DNA of 64,000 nt. It comes from Macrostomum lignano. Its lineage: Eukaryota. The notes under the pieces were generated by a model. That model saw nothing but the letters and a program-made list of their open reading frames with translations. It was not told where the DNA came from and did no database searches. The stretch lies in assembly GCA_002269645.1 (NCBI GenBank), contig NIVC01002985.1:63377-127376 (forward strand), read 5' to 3'. Position numbers and translations under genes: made by a program. This document shows, piece after piece, positions 47,164 to 60,832 of the stretch; within the stretch, counting starts at the first letter, position 1, and every line of letters begins with the position of its first letter.

Positions 47164-50100
47164 ACCTACTACTTTTAGTAATCACTCTCGACGAATTAGC
47201 TTATTTTGAAGTGCTTCCTATTCGGCTACAAATCTCTGCATTCGGCATTCTGAACGTCGGCAAAACTAGACCGCTCAGCCGCGACCACAGCTACCCAGCT
47301 CCCCCTGAGCCTGAGGAACTCAGCAGCGGAGCTCCCCGCCATCTGCAAGCCGAAATCTTCGTTAAGTTTTGTTTGAAACGACAAAGCGTACCGATTCGAA
47401 CGGCTGGAACGACCGAATCAAAACCCCACGGCTTCAGAGTTTCTTTCAAACCCCCCCCCCCGACCTCAATATGAAAAGCCTCTTAGTCGTACGTAAAGCA
47501 CCGGACACATAAGCAGGCCACTATTTAGTTGTTAGCAGGCAGTTTAAAATTGGTCAAACATATACATGCATAATTTATTATCAGCTCTTTAAATTATTGC
47601 TTCCATTAGAATACACACAAGTAAGTGTACGTGTTATATGTAGCTAGTTAGATTTTTGTTATACTTTTATTTATATTTGCATAATTTAAAAGAAAAGCAT
47701 TAAACTCCTAAGGAACTCTAGTAGCCTGACTAGACTTCCTTTATTATTCCGTGGAAATCTGAATCATGCATTACAATGCCGATGTATCATTATTTTGGCA
47801 TTAAGTTAGGCTATAAGTTACATATACGTATCATGCACAGAAGTGCACGTATAGTAGATGGTAGATCTTGTAAAAATATACTACATGTACGCGTGTTTAC
47901 ATGTACGTGTACTGCCAATAGAAAGGGCATTTTTCCTACCTAGCTCTTCTTCTACAAATTAGCCCGTACAAAAAAATCCGACATTGGTCTGCGGTCGATT
48001 CGACGCTTCGAGCCGCGCACCACAACTGCCCGGCTCACAACCAGACAGTCGAGCTACTGATGCGAGCCGCTGCTCGGCTCAGCCAGACTAATTAACAGCT
48101 CTTGTTTGCGTACAAACTGCTTTCTTCCCTATTCTACTACTCGCTATGCACACTGCTATCCAACAATGCACCACTAAGTTCCTAATGCTACCGCAATTCC
48201 GGGTGCCAAATCCTAAAATATTACTGCTCCTATAATGCTAACTAAAAGCTCTATTGTTCTACCTATAACCCCTAAACTTCTGATTGCTAAATCTAGGCTC
48301 ACTAGTTCTACATGTACATGTACCTAGCTTCAATAGAGGCCCAACCTGTCATAATATATACTGTACAAGTAGAAAAGTACATGTACATACATTAGCGTAC
48401 ACATGCGGTAGTGGCGTGCTGCTGCAGTAGCGCTGAGAGTCCGGCAGCAGCTGGCACGGTAACCCTGTGGAGCAGTTGGCTCAATCGACGACCTCCTCGC
48501 GGACACCGGCTCTAGAGCAGGCACATGGCGAGTCCATGTGATGAGAGGTGTTAGTCGTAGGGACGCCCACACGGTGGGAGACGAGTTCTCGAGCTAGCAG
48601 TTGAGAGCGGGCTCTGGCCTCGGCCACGACAGCGGCCTCTGCCGCCTCTGGCTGGCGCAGACCCGCCACCCCGGGCGAAAGTGGCCTCTATGAGAGGCGG
48701 CGCGACGGTCCCAGCGCGAGGTCTAATAATGAATTGGCCATCAGTGCGAGCCACCTCGTATTTCCGTGGCTAGCACTGAGAAGGTGCCGTGTAGGATCTT
48801 CATGTCCAGCACATTAGCTTTTTGAGGGAGCTTTCATAAATTCGGCCCTCGTGACTTATATACATAAATTAATATAACTCCCTCAGAAGGCAAATCTTAC
48901 ACATATTGGACTGGACATAAATATTGTCCTCCGCGTGTCTATATAACACCAAAAATCAAGAGGCATAAAGTGCCTATACAGTATTTTTGGCTTCAGGTAA
49001 AGATTAAACCTATTTTTACAATTTATTCTCACTCAGTGAAACCCAGCTAGCAGAGATATTATGCATAATAACACGCAGATTCTAATTTCATTTTCTTCGA
49101 ACTAATTAGCGATTAAGAGCTATAAGTACGAGATATATGTATCGAATATTAAAATAAAGCTATAATCAAACTCCAATTTTATAAAATAAAAACGATTTTC
49201 AAAAATCTTTTAATCTCGATATCGATTAAGCTAAAAGTAGCTAAAATAAAGTACCCAACCAACTCCTTAATTCCATTATCTTTCAAATTATGATTAATTG
49301 TATTTCAGTTGTATCAAAAAGCTAGAAGTATCGAAAATATTCCCTGTCAGTTTCACTACTGTGTACTCGTACCTATGCTAGACTATGCTAGATATTAGCT
49401 AGATTATGACAGGAACTCAATGCCAGTCGACTCGAAAAACTGGAAAGAATTGCACTGTATCGCACTGAATGTCGGTGAATGTACAAGAACCTTCCCACGA
49501 AATGTAAAAGTACATATTGATGCAACATCGCCCACGTCGGATTGCTGCAGTACATACGGGAATCGGTGAAAACTATAGCTTACCAAACCAGCTCTTTCAG
49601 AATCGGATTTCTATTAAAGCTAAATGTAACCCACCAATGATAATGTATTTTACTGTACTTTCAGTTTCTACAACAAAACCAATAGCTTGTCAAAATCTGT
49701 CAAGCGTCTGAGGAAGGAAAGGGGCACAAATATTGAGATACACAAATAGGAGAAAACCCAGCGCTTGCTACTAGCAGTAGAGCGCACAGATATTTGCATC
49801 TTCTCATGACCGCATGTCCACTAAGTTTCGCAGTTTTGAGTCCCAGACTCCCCAGCCCCAGATGAACACTCCGAACCCCTAGAGGGCAAGTCTCCTGGTG
49901 GACTTGCGATCTTACGATCGTACAAGTGTAAAGTAAGATGTTTAGTACATAAGGAGGCAGCAACAAAAGCATTTAATATTTAATTAGAGTTAATTTTTAT
50001 AGCACACAGAGAGTAAAGACTTGCGTTTAATTTTCAGCAACATGCTGAGCAAAACAGAAACTGCAGTCCTCATCTCAGATTTTGAACGCTGAACTGTGTA

Positions 50101-50475
50101 CTTGAAAATAAACACCTATAGTCATGTCATGAATTTAAAGTACAATTAATCAAATGAAGTGTTTTAGAAAATTTTAGGGCTTGCTGAACCTGATGTCCAC
50201 TGTAATACATGTATGAGCTAAATAGCTTTTGACAGGAATTAAAGCATGACATTAGACCGCTATAATAATGTTAATGATGTTACAGAGCCTGAAAACGTAA
50301 TGTACAATTGTACATGTGCCAAAAATTGTGGGGCAGCAATAATGAACTGATGACAGCTTTTCACTCGATCGAATAGTTTGAACAAGTACACATAAACAGT
50401 TAATGAATGTACTGTTAAAATTAGCTAGTTCTTACGGGCGTGTGTTAAATAGTACTTGTACGTGCAGTTGTAATA

Positions 50476-53400
50476 TTATATTGCTCCATCATGCTCGAAT
50501 TCCAGCATATTTGGCTTCGATCGCGGTTGTTGTTGTTCTTGTTGTTGCTGCTGCTGCTGCTGCCGATTCGGGGAACTGTTCTTGCTTACATGCACGTGCA
50601 CGTGCACCTGAACACTGAAGCCGGAGTCACCGCCCGTGTTTGCCTGACGCTGGTTATTCGACGCGTTCGAGGAACTCGAGCCAATATTGTCCAGCTCGAA
50701 GTTCCGACAGATCTCCCTTGTCATCTCTTCGATTATGCTCTGATCTTGGGAGGCGTTCTCATCCGTCGTATCCTCTCGCCAAAGCTTTTCCTTCTGCGGC
50801 TTCTCCGTTTCCGGTCGGTTAAGATTGTTTTGCGATGCACTGCTGGCACCACCTTTGCTGTCGTGCTCATCATACAGAACCTCCTCGTCTGAGGCCGCTG
50901 AACTGTCGCTTTTCGATTCGTGATCACTGTCGAACACCATTGTGTAGTCTCGACAAAATTCTGTTTCAGGGCGTCCTGCTCCCTTCGGTTCCTGCGTCGA
51001 TGCAGTTGGTGGACGCGACTGTCGAGACTGTGGTTCTGCTTGCCGCTGCGTCTGCTGTTGTTGCTGTCGAGATGGACCGGAGGCAGTTTTCTGTCTAGCA
51101 GAAGCAACTGGTGCCTGCCGAGCTGCCACAGTCTGCGGTCTACGTGAAGCTGCATCGCCCGCTTGCGCCTGCGTTGGCTGCGAAGATTGCTTGCTGTCAG
51201 AAGCAGTTGTAGGCTTGCTAGCAGTTGGTGGTCTATTGGCTGCGGCAGTTGGTGGTCTGCTGGCTGCGGCAGTTGGTGGTCTGTTGGCTGTGGCTGTTGG
51301 TGGTCTGCTGGCTGCGGCAGTTGGTGGTCTATTGGCTACGGCAGTTGGTGGTCTATTCGCTGCGGCAGTTGGTGGTCTGCTGGCTGCGGCAGTTGGTGGT
51401 CTGTTGGCTGCGGCAGTTGGTGGTCTGCTGGCTGCGGCAGTTGGTGGTCTATTGGCTGCGGCAGTTGGTGGTCTGTTGGCTGCGGCAGTTGTTGGCCTGC
51501 TAACTGTAGTTGTAGTAGTAGTCGTCGTTGAGGTCTGTCTACTGGCTGCAGTAGTAGCAGTTGTCGTTTGTTTGCTTGAAGCAGCGCTCGTCGGTCGGCT
51601 AGTTCCAGTGGCGGTCTGATTTCTGGCTGCAGCTGTCGTGGGTCGACTTCCAACGACAGAAGTGCCAGATTCCTTCGGTTTCTGTTGTTTCTGCTTTTCT
51701 TCCGAATGCTTCGCCGGCTGCGGCTGAATCTTAGAAGCTTCCATTGCGACCGGCGCTTCTGTCGTCTCTGTATCAGCAGGCGTGGTCTTAGTTTTCCCTG
51801 TTGTTACAGGCTCTTTTCCACCAGATGGAGTAGACTCCGCCTTATTAGTTGCTGTTTCATCAGTAATCGTTGCTGTTGTTGTTGCAACAGCGACACTTGC
51901 AGAAGTTGGTGCTGCACTAGTTGCGACAGAGCCCTCCTCCGCGATGCCTTCCATGGGAAACGGAGACTTTGGACTCGCAGTTCGATTAAACAGATCGTCC
52001 AGCGATGCAATACCGCCGCCGCCGCCTCCTCCGCTCTTTTCATTATCTTTTAACTGCTCAATGGACTCATCTGAGAAGTCGAACGCATTATTAACCTTCC
52101 AAGTCGGACTCAGCTGCATTCGTTGCTGCTGCTCCTTAACCGGCAGAGAGTTTCTCCTGCCACCGTTTTGAATCGCATTCACTAGCGAATTTCGTCGCTG
52201 TCCTGATGCCGTCGATGGTCGCGACATTCGTAAAGCAACGCTGCTGTCTCCGCCAGCAATGCTGCCATTTTTACTAACAAGGGTGACGGCCATTGACGAT
52301 CGCCGGTCAGATGAGCGGTGGCTGGTCGACAGGCTTGTCGTGTCATCGTCTGAAGCCACTTTGCGCAGATTCTGCATGATGTTGGCGTATAGACGACGAT
52401 TCATTTCGGCCACCACGTTTTCAACCGGCTTCTGTCTGTCCAGGTAAATCTTATAGTCCAGCCCGATCACTAGCAGTACGACTATGAAGAAAACACCTGC
52501 GCCCAGTAGGAGGCCGCCAAGACGACCGAACAGCATTAGCCGGACCTCAACCTGCGGTGAATTTTACAAGGTTTAAAGCTTGTAATTTCAACCAATTTAA
52601 CAACACCAACACTGAGTGTTTCATATCAATAAAATCTGTGTATCATTGATATTGGCAAACAAAAAAATATGCAGAAAATTCTAAGCCACGATCTTGAAAC
52701 CTCAAAGTCTTAATTCCCACGAGTCGACGCTGAGGCGCTCGACACCGTCAATGGGCCGGACTTTTCCGCTTGCTGGCGCTTCGGTGTGCCATCTGACGCT
52801 GTCTCCACTGACTTACTGGGGGACAGTGCATGTTGTTGTTGTTGCTGTTGATATTGTTGTTATTGTTAGGTACACTTGGTGTTAACATTGTTGAGAGATT
52901 GATTTACTTGTAAGTTGTATCAAAGATATATTCATTATAAGCTTGAATTGATAGCAATGTCTTTGCGACGAAATGGTGTTGCTAAATATGTCCCCAGCGC
53001 GAACAAAACTTGCAAAAGGCTTGGGCTTTTTATTACCTGCACAAGTTCGCTCGCACTTAAGCCAGCGTAGTCCTGCTTCAGCCGTTCCTGCGTCGGCAGG
53101 CCGTAGGCCGCCAGACCGACTCCCGTGATGCACAGAGCGGCGCCGAAGACGGCCAGACCGACCGCGGTAAAGAACTGACATCGGAACTGGCGCTCCTCGT
53201 CGCGACGCGCCTGTAGCAGAACTCGATTGGCCGACTGTGGCCGGCTACCGGAGGCGGCCGCCTGCGACTGGCGACGGCGCAGAGACGCTCGCGACTGCGC
53301 CAACGAACGCAAAACCGCAGCGGATGCTGCCACAGAAGCTCTGCGAGATTCCAAAGAGGGCTGCTGCTGTTCCTGATGCTGCTGGTGCTCCTGTTGCTGC

Positions 53401-53555
53401 TGCTGCTCCTGTTGCTGCTGCTGCTCCTGTTGCTGCTGCTGCTCCTGTTGCTGCTGCTGCTCCTGTTGCTGCTGCTGCTCCTGTTGCTGCTGCTGCTCCT
53501 GTTGCTGCTGCTGCTCTTGTGGGAGCGGGTCGTTCAACGGAGCTACAGCTGTCAT
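50476..53555 (-). CDS. Two-pass membrane protein with long disordered cytoplasmic tail (topology reminiscent of TMEM200/DUF2371), 864 aa
   Basis: Exons 53037-53555 and 50476-52551 (phase 0, GT-AG). TM1 FFTAVGLAVFGAALCITGVGLAAYGL, TM2 LFGRLGGLLLGAGVFFIVVLLVIGL, N-terminal (EQQQQQ)n, 8-aa repeat AAANRPPT. The family assignment rests on topology recalled from memory, not on a search. Confidence 0.7.
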
Positions 53556-54551
53556 GCTGTAGACCAAGGCTTAAACGCTACTAAAGTCTGTGTCTACTTC
53601 GGGTAAACCCTCTGAAAAAGTATTCAAGCTACTGCGATCGCAGTCAGATAGAATTGAACCCGCGGTGCTTGGAAGCGAGACTTAAGTACAGAAATGGGAA
53701 CTGAAACAGGCTGTGGCCCGGTGTCTCCCTGCCTGCCTTTTACTCCTGGTCTCTGTCTGATTGCTGTCCCCCCCCCCCAGCCATCAACTCTTCCCCTTAA
53801 TACCCATCTCCTCCTCTCTTCCCATTCTACTCCACGCCCCATTGTCTAGAGTACTTGCAGGCGCTTGCTAAGCTGCTTGCATGCATTCCCAGCATCATCA
53901 CCAAGAAAAAATCGTCGTTACCTGCGCGCTTTGCTTTTTCCCTTGACTCCCCCAGCGCCAGGCAACCACCTGCACAGGCCAGCCTTCAATTCCGTCCTCG
54001 CCCACAGCCAACTCTCTCTATCCTCTCTTGCTTCCGCAGTGTTGCCATGGCAATCTTATGGTTGCACCCAGAAAGAGCTCTACTATAGCCATTGGGGAGG
54101 CAGAAAGTTTCCTAGATAGGAGGCAAGGAAGAGAAGATGGGCCCTTGGTAGACTTTGGTAGACTTTGAGGAATATTAAGTAGGGAAGTGTGACTCAATAA
54201 TCGATATCAAGATGTATAAAACGGAGAAGAGAAATATTCAACTCAGGGACAACTTAAACTACCGGGACGCGAAACAAGCCAAATCATGGCGAAAAAGGTT
54301 GGGGGCTCGTTCATTCTATGGTCCTATAGCTGAGATACTTTAATTAGATTGGAAAATGAAATTAGAATTGGTGCAGAAATGTCGTGAAATTTTTTCTTAT
54401 AAAGCTAGCAAGTCGTACGTAGTGAATTCTGAATAATACACACAAAACGTCGCTGATAGTGGACTCCTTTTCAGTGGCTTTGTCTTTTAACTACAGGTGC
54501 ATGAGTTTTGAAGCTCATTAAAAATTACGGAAGCCCCTTAGCAGCCGACTT

Positions 54552-54913
54552 TTTTATTAGAGGCAGGGGGTTGTGTGCACCCTGGCGCACTTTAAGCGAC
54601 ATCAACACAACCGGCGAGAGGCATTACTGCCCATTCCGCCGACTCCCCAGAGCAGGCATACAAGCGCGCGGATACGTACGCAGGCACACACTCACACAGT
54701 AGTGTACAGCGGCCCTAACTTTATATTATCGTTAGGCATGTACATTTCACCCCAGCTGTGCCTTGGGGGGTTAGCTTTCAAGGCCGTTAATTGCACGAGC
54801 AGAGCCAAGCCGAGATTCCAATTTAGCCCCAAATTTATATGACTGCACTTGGAATCGAGCCTGGGTCGCTGGCACACCAGAGCCTGCGCTAGACCGCTGG
54901 GCTACGGCCCCCC
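54552..54913 (-). mobile_element. tRNA-derived SINE, full length, 13-bp TSD
   Basis: Minus strand starts GGGGGGCCGTAGCCCAGCGGT (A box) and has GGCTCGATTCC (B box); ends AATAAAAAA. TSD TAGCAGCCGACTT at 54539-54551 and 54914-54926. Confidence 0.85.
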
Positions 54914-54936
54914 TAGCAGCCGACTTACTTTACGTA

Positions 54937-56107
54937 CTATTTTATCTCCTATTTTGAACAAAGTCTTGTTCAAAAGAAACAAGCAGAACTTCAATTCAAA
55001 CACTTTAAGAAGAACTTCAATTCAGACTGTCTGTGCCCAAAATTGTCCCCGAATGACGCGCATGCGCAGATTTGAAATTCAAAAGAAACAAAGTCACATT
55101 CTATTTCGACAGAGATTTTTGCACATAAATTTAGATACGAGTGCATTTTTAGTACATTAATCTAATTTTTTGTTTTTCCTGCACTGCACAACTGTACAAT
55201 CGTTGCGCAACAAGAAACGATATGAATGCTGAAGATCAGATTAAAGAAGACGATGAATTGCTGGAAGAAGGTGGAATCGGTGAATTTGAAGCAGAATTCG
55301 ATAAAGATATCATGGAACAGCAGCCTCGGCAGTGCGCTATTGTAAGCAACAGTGACAGAGGCCGTAACATCAGGGCTGCTGATCGTGAGGATGACTTTGT
55401 GGAACTGGCGCGCCAACTTGAAGTCAAGAGGTCAACAGCGTACACGATTGTGAGGTCAGGGAGAGCGGAAAAGCAGCCTACGAGCTTCCGGACTCCATTC
55501 AGGTCAAGCGGCTTCCATCCTACCACCAATTTTGACTCCTGTGGAGAACTCAATCTCCTGTTGGAAGGCCGCTCTGAAGAGAGAACTGGCAGCAGACCAG
55601 CAAAATTTCATCGCTCCGACAGCTGAGTAGCACGGCAATCAGTCAATGGCGGCCTATCGGCGAGACATTTTGTACAGCATGGTGGACAGAACCATTGGCT
55701 GCATCTCTGTGGACAAGAGCACTGATTGGTTCAACCATGCGGTTACATACGTCCCTCGCTGCCTTGGTGGACAGGCAACTGATGGTCAGGTGTCTCAAGT
55801 TGGCCAACTGACAATGTCTTGCTTCTGTTTTTCATTTTACTCTTATGTTCGTCGATATGTTGTGTTTTATCCCTTTGTCGAAATAGAATGTGACTTTGTT
55901 TCTTTTGAATTTCAAATCTGTGCATGCGCGTCATTCGGGGACAATTTTGGCCACAGACAGTCTGAATTAAGTTCTTCTGTTTCAATAGAAAGGGACTTTG
56001 TTTTACTTGGAGTTCCGCAATCGCTGATATTTATGAAAGTGTTTGAATTGAAGTTCTGCTTGTTTCTTTTGAACAAGACTTTGTTCAAAATAGGAGGTAA
56101 AATGGTG
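54937..56107 (+). mobile_element. IS630/Tc1/mariner-type DNA transposon, internally deleted
   Basis: Imperfect inverted repeats of about 170-230 bp (54937-55111 vs 55877-56107), TA at both flanks, transposase remnants inside. Confidence 0.75.
55222..55790 (+). pseudogene. Tc1/IS630-like transposase pseudogene
   Basis: N-terminal HTH (DRGRNIRAADREDDFVELARQLEVKRSTAYTIVRSGR) joined across a deletion and frameshift to the DDE C-terminus (LPSY.PILTPVENSISCWKAALKRELA ... WFNHAVTYVPRCL), with an in-frame stop. Confidence 0.7.
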
Positions 56108-56405
56108 TAGAACGAAGAAGGCTCGTATCACAAAACAAAAACATTAAATTTTGCCAAGCCATAGACAAATGAACGAGCCCCCCCCCAAATTTTTTCGCCT
56201 GCATGATTATGGCTTGTTTCGCGTCCCGGTAGTTTAAGTTGTCCCTTATTCAACTTTCCTCATGCTTATGGATCGAGCTTATATTAGGTGGAAAATGCTT
56301 CATTGTTTAGCAATTTGACGATCATTATTCACATTTTTAATGCAGAACAATCCATTACTACAAACAATGCATTGTCTGTAGGATCGTCAAACAGAAAAAC
56401 AATGC

Positions 56406-56472
56406 AAATAATCAGCGGTCCCAGTGCGTGACAACGATTGTCGTTGTCACGCACTGGGACCGCTGATTATTT
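56406..56472. other. Perfect 32-bp inverted repeat with 3-nt loop
   Basis: AAATAATCAGCGGTCCCAGTGCGTGACAACGA-TTG-TCGTTGTCACGCACTGGGACCGCTGATTATTT. Confidence 0.95.
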
Positions 56473-56904
56473 ATCCATTGGCTTAATGGGATGTGCTCAC
56501 TTTCGCTTCAGGAGTAAAAATAGTCGAAAACTAAAGACAGAACGCTTTTCGCCCAGTAAGAAAAAATTCAATAACTTGCGATCCCAAAAACTTACCGCAT
56601 GGGAGGTCATTGGGTCAGGGCGCAGTCCGTAGCAGAGCTTATTAAAGCTATCCATCAGGTCGAATGTTACCCGTTCACCAGCTGGTCATGCTCCGGCTCT
56701 CACAGTTTAAATACCCAGGACTGAATCTGCCATCTTGCGATCTGCAACTCTTGTAGTTTATTTATCGTTTCTTATCAAAGAAGTTTTTAATGCCACCGAA
56801 GCACTGCAGCTACTTCCAGGAGTCTGCTTTTGCTAGGTACGTATCTCTACAATTATATACTCGTAGCTCCATAAAGGATCAAATACTTCATGTCATAAGG
56901 TAAA

Positions 56905-57025
56905 CACACTCATTTGGGGCTTGCGCAAGAGGTGAACAGAGAGTTAGTGTATGTACCTGACGATTAGAAAGTCAGTGCAGTTATGACGCGCTTGTGTGTG
57001 CTTAGGAGTCAGCGGTGCCCGCAAC
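56905..57025 (+). mobile_element. Diverged SINE core fragment
   Basis: CGATTAGAAAGTCAG..GACGCGCTTGTGTGTGCTTAGGAGTCAGCGG is shared with the 17-kb and 54.7-kb copies. Confidence 0.55.
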
Positions 57026-57765
57026 CCTTCTAATTTCTCCTATTACTTTTAGTACTAAATTAGGCATACGCTACTAACAGTAGAAAAACTCGAGCATGAG
57101 ACCCTGCCTCGCTATATTTATCAACCGTCGAATTCTTTCTTATGAAAAAAGGGATTAAAGAGTTCGAGTGGCTCAAGCCTGCGTCACGGAGATACGGATA
57201 AGCAGACAGGACCGAGACTGGGCGATAATCCGGCCCGAGGGATTATCCAGGCTTCGCAGGAGTAAAGTTCGAAATGGCCATTGAAAATATACCGGGTACT
57301 GTAAAAAAGAGACAGTTTCTTCCTCATATTTGAGGAGAAAGCCTCACAGGAATAATGGCTGGTATTAAGGAGGCTGAATGGCCTGAAGTTTGTCGCCTCG
57401 CTTCTACTTCAGAGGAGCTGCTTTGGCAAAGTTAGCCGGGCAAAACGGTTCGCGCAATGCCTTTTTTATACACATTGTAATTGTAAGGAGTCGTAAAAAA
57501 GCTCTGCTCTCACTTCTGGTCAAGCGGCTTTGTACCGGATGGCTGGACTAAAAGAAGGACACGGTTGATGAGCATCTTGCCAAACTGCTATGCTCAGGCT
57601 TGAGTAAGAGATGTTTTAGCCTTTACTCAATGAGATGAAAGGATGAGATGGCGTGAGAGCAACAAAAGCACACAGCGTATTTAAATACCGAGAAACCACT
57701 ACAAACAGTTACTAAAACATAACATCATCCAGACAGCTGAACTATCAAAAAGTGTATGTAAACTT

Positions 57766-58036
<271 letters not shown>

Positions 58037-58744
58037 CGCCAGTGCACGCCAAAGCCAGCAACGTTAAAAGTGCATGCCTTGGACATGCTCAAGTAACGTT
58101 AGGTGAGGCCACCCTCAACCCATTGCTGTTATAAGCAGAACATTGCGGCTCTGAATAAGCCGCATTAAAAAGCCATTAAGTATAAAATTTCTCAACAACT
58201 GAAATTTTATATTTTCTGTTGAATTTCTTCGCCACATGATCGGGAAATTTGAAACAGACAGACAGAGAGGCGACACTTCAATTGGGACCGACAGTTCCGA
58301 ATCGAGTCGAATTCCTCTCCGCATCCCATATCCCTTTGCCTCGGGATCAGGTTAATGAGGACAAGTTATTGGCTTCACGAAGAGTCGAAGAAACAGAGGA
58401 GCGATATGGACAGGATAGGATGAAGCGGACTCGAAAGGCCAGATTAAAATCCGGCATGTTGGCACGCGGAGGCGTATTAAATTCGCGTCGGGAGAAAATA
58501 GAAAGTTGAGAAGCTGCAGATAAACAGGTTCTGGGAGCCGGGTTCAACTGGATTAAGCCTGCTCAGGTTAATAACTTTAATCCGCGTGTGGGCGAAGCTT
58601 ATTGAAAAGTTCTGAAACAGATTTTTGTTTTGACACGGGGGAATAAAAAGACTAAACATAGAATGAATCCTCGTGACCGAGGCAGATTATCGGATGCGTG
58701 AAGTCGGGGCTTTGCTTGGATTTGTTCTCTGCCGATGTGTCTGT

Positions 58745-59452
<708 letters not shown>

Positions 59453-60832
59453 CCAATTTTTATCAGAGTGTAAATCTGCATCCTCCCAATGAATTTCAAA
59501 TCCTGGGCAGGAAAAGAACCTGTATTAGAGCGGTAATTCATTTAATCTGATAAAATTGAATGCGTTTTTAAAGGAATAAAGAGTAGATTTCATTCAACCG
59601 GCAATCAATCAATTTTGATTGCATTGTATCTGATGAAATGACAATGCGTGTCGAACAAGCCCAAAAACGCCCCCAGGTTACAAATATGGACATCTATTGA
59701 AGATAGAATTAAAGACGTTGGCTTTTTATTGCTAAAAAATTTCGACCCAAATTTGCTAAAAACGTTTGCAGAATTCTAGCTATTAAATCTTGAAGCGTTC
59801 CAGGCAAATTTGAAGGTTATTTTGTCAGCAATATTTTGCCCGCAATCTAGCCAATCAGCACTGGTAGAACGATTTTTTTCTAGTCGAGCGAGCTCAAACA
59901 CTTTCTGACGGAAATGTAAGTCCAGTTTTGTAAGTCCAGGATGTGACAAATTCGCAGGTTTGCATCGAGAGTGCAACAGCAGATCCCGGACACTGGGGGG
60001 ATGAAAACATTCAAAAAATTCATTTTTGCTTTGCTTTAGGATGTACTAATGAATTCGTCTTAAACAATATTATAAAACATAAAAGTCGGCTTTTAATAAT
60101 AATAATGACATACCTCACTAGCCATCCGACTGCATGACATGAAGCATACATTATTCCCAATGCAAGAGTATTTCAATGGAGGCTTTCAACTTCCGATCTT
60201 CTTTCTATCTCGCAAGCAACTACGGATGAAAGAACACGAATGCTGTGTACCTTCCTGGGCACTTCCGGCAGTGGGGGACAGCGGCATCAACTAGGGAAGA
60301 AGATGGCACAACTATGAGTATCTCCCCTAACCCCACTGCCTCAATAAACGGTCCCTAACGGCTTCTGAGGCTGATCCCACTTCCCAATCTCCCAATCTCT
60401 CTGAAGAGTCTAATTTCCTCTGCGGAGCCGCGGCGATGGCGTTCATTTTTCATTCATCTCTCCTCGCCTCCACCGCGCTGGAGTCGCCTGCAGCCTCATT
60501 CTTCAAGTCCTTTCCGCCCAGATCCGGCCCCAGATCCTCCAGAGCTCGTGATCCCCTCATAGCCCCAGAAAATCCGCGTTGATTCATTGTTCCCATCAAA
60601 AGGGTCCCCAAAAATGCTTCTGCGAAAAATCTGTTCCAGTCGCTTCCTTTTTGTCTACCGGCGCACGGCTCTCCTAGGAGAAGAGGCAACAAGAAAGGGA
60701 AGATGCGCTTTACTATAGTTCATGCTCTTTTTCATTTGTTCCTATTCTCGACAATGAAGGAATGAAATCAGTTTACTAGTCTTTGTCAATTCTTTTAAGG
60801 TGATAATGGCCAAAGAGTTCTGTGAAGTACAA

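Larger units (their letters stand above)
54244..56246. mobile_element. Non-autonomous TIR DNA transposon (about 80-bp TIRs, 9-bp TSD; MULE-like?) hosting two nested insertions
   Basis: AGGGACAACTTAAACTACCGGGACGCGAAACAAGCC at 54245 and its exact reverse complement ending at 56246. TATTCAACT duplicated at 54235-54243 and 56247-56255. Confidence 0.8.

Noticed and set aside
48400-48850. GC-rich coding-like stretch with RGG-like motifs (minus)
   Set aside because: Stops in all frames and no recognisable domain; probably a decayed mobile-element fragment.
54840-54913. tRNA gene on the minus strand
   Set aside because: A and B boxes are present but there is no proper acceptor or anticodon stem; it continues into a SINE body with an A-tail and TSD.
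57130-57560. Possible decayed integrase-type (KRBA2/Ginger-like) C-terminus (YTHCNCKES)
   Set aside because: Similarity is only impressionistic across several frameshifts; needs tBLASTn/HMM support.
59454-59558. Short imperfect inverted repeat (CAATTTTTATCAGA / TCTGATAAAATTG)
   Set aside because: Short and AT-rich, with no TSD; could be chance.
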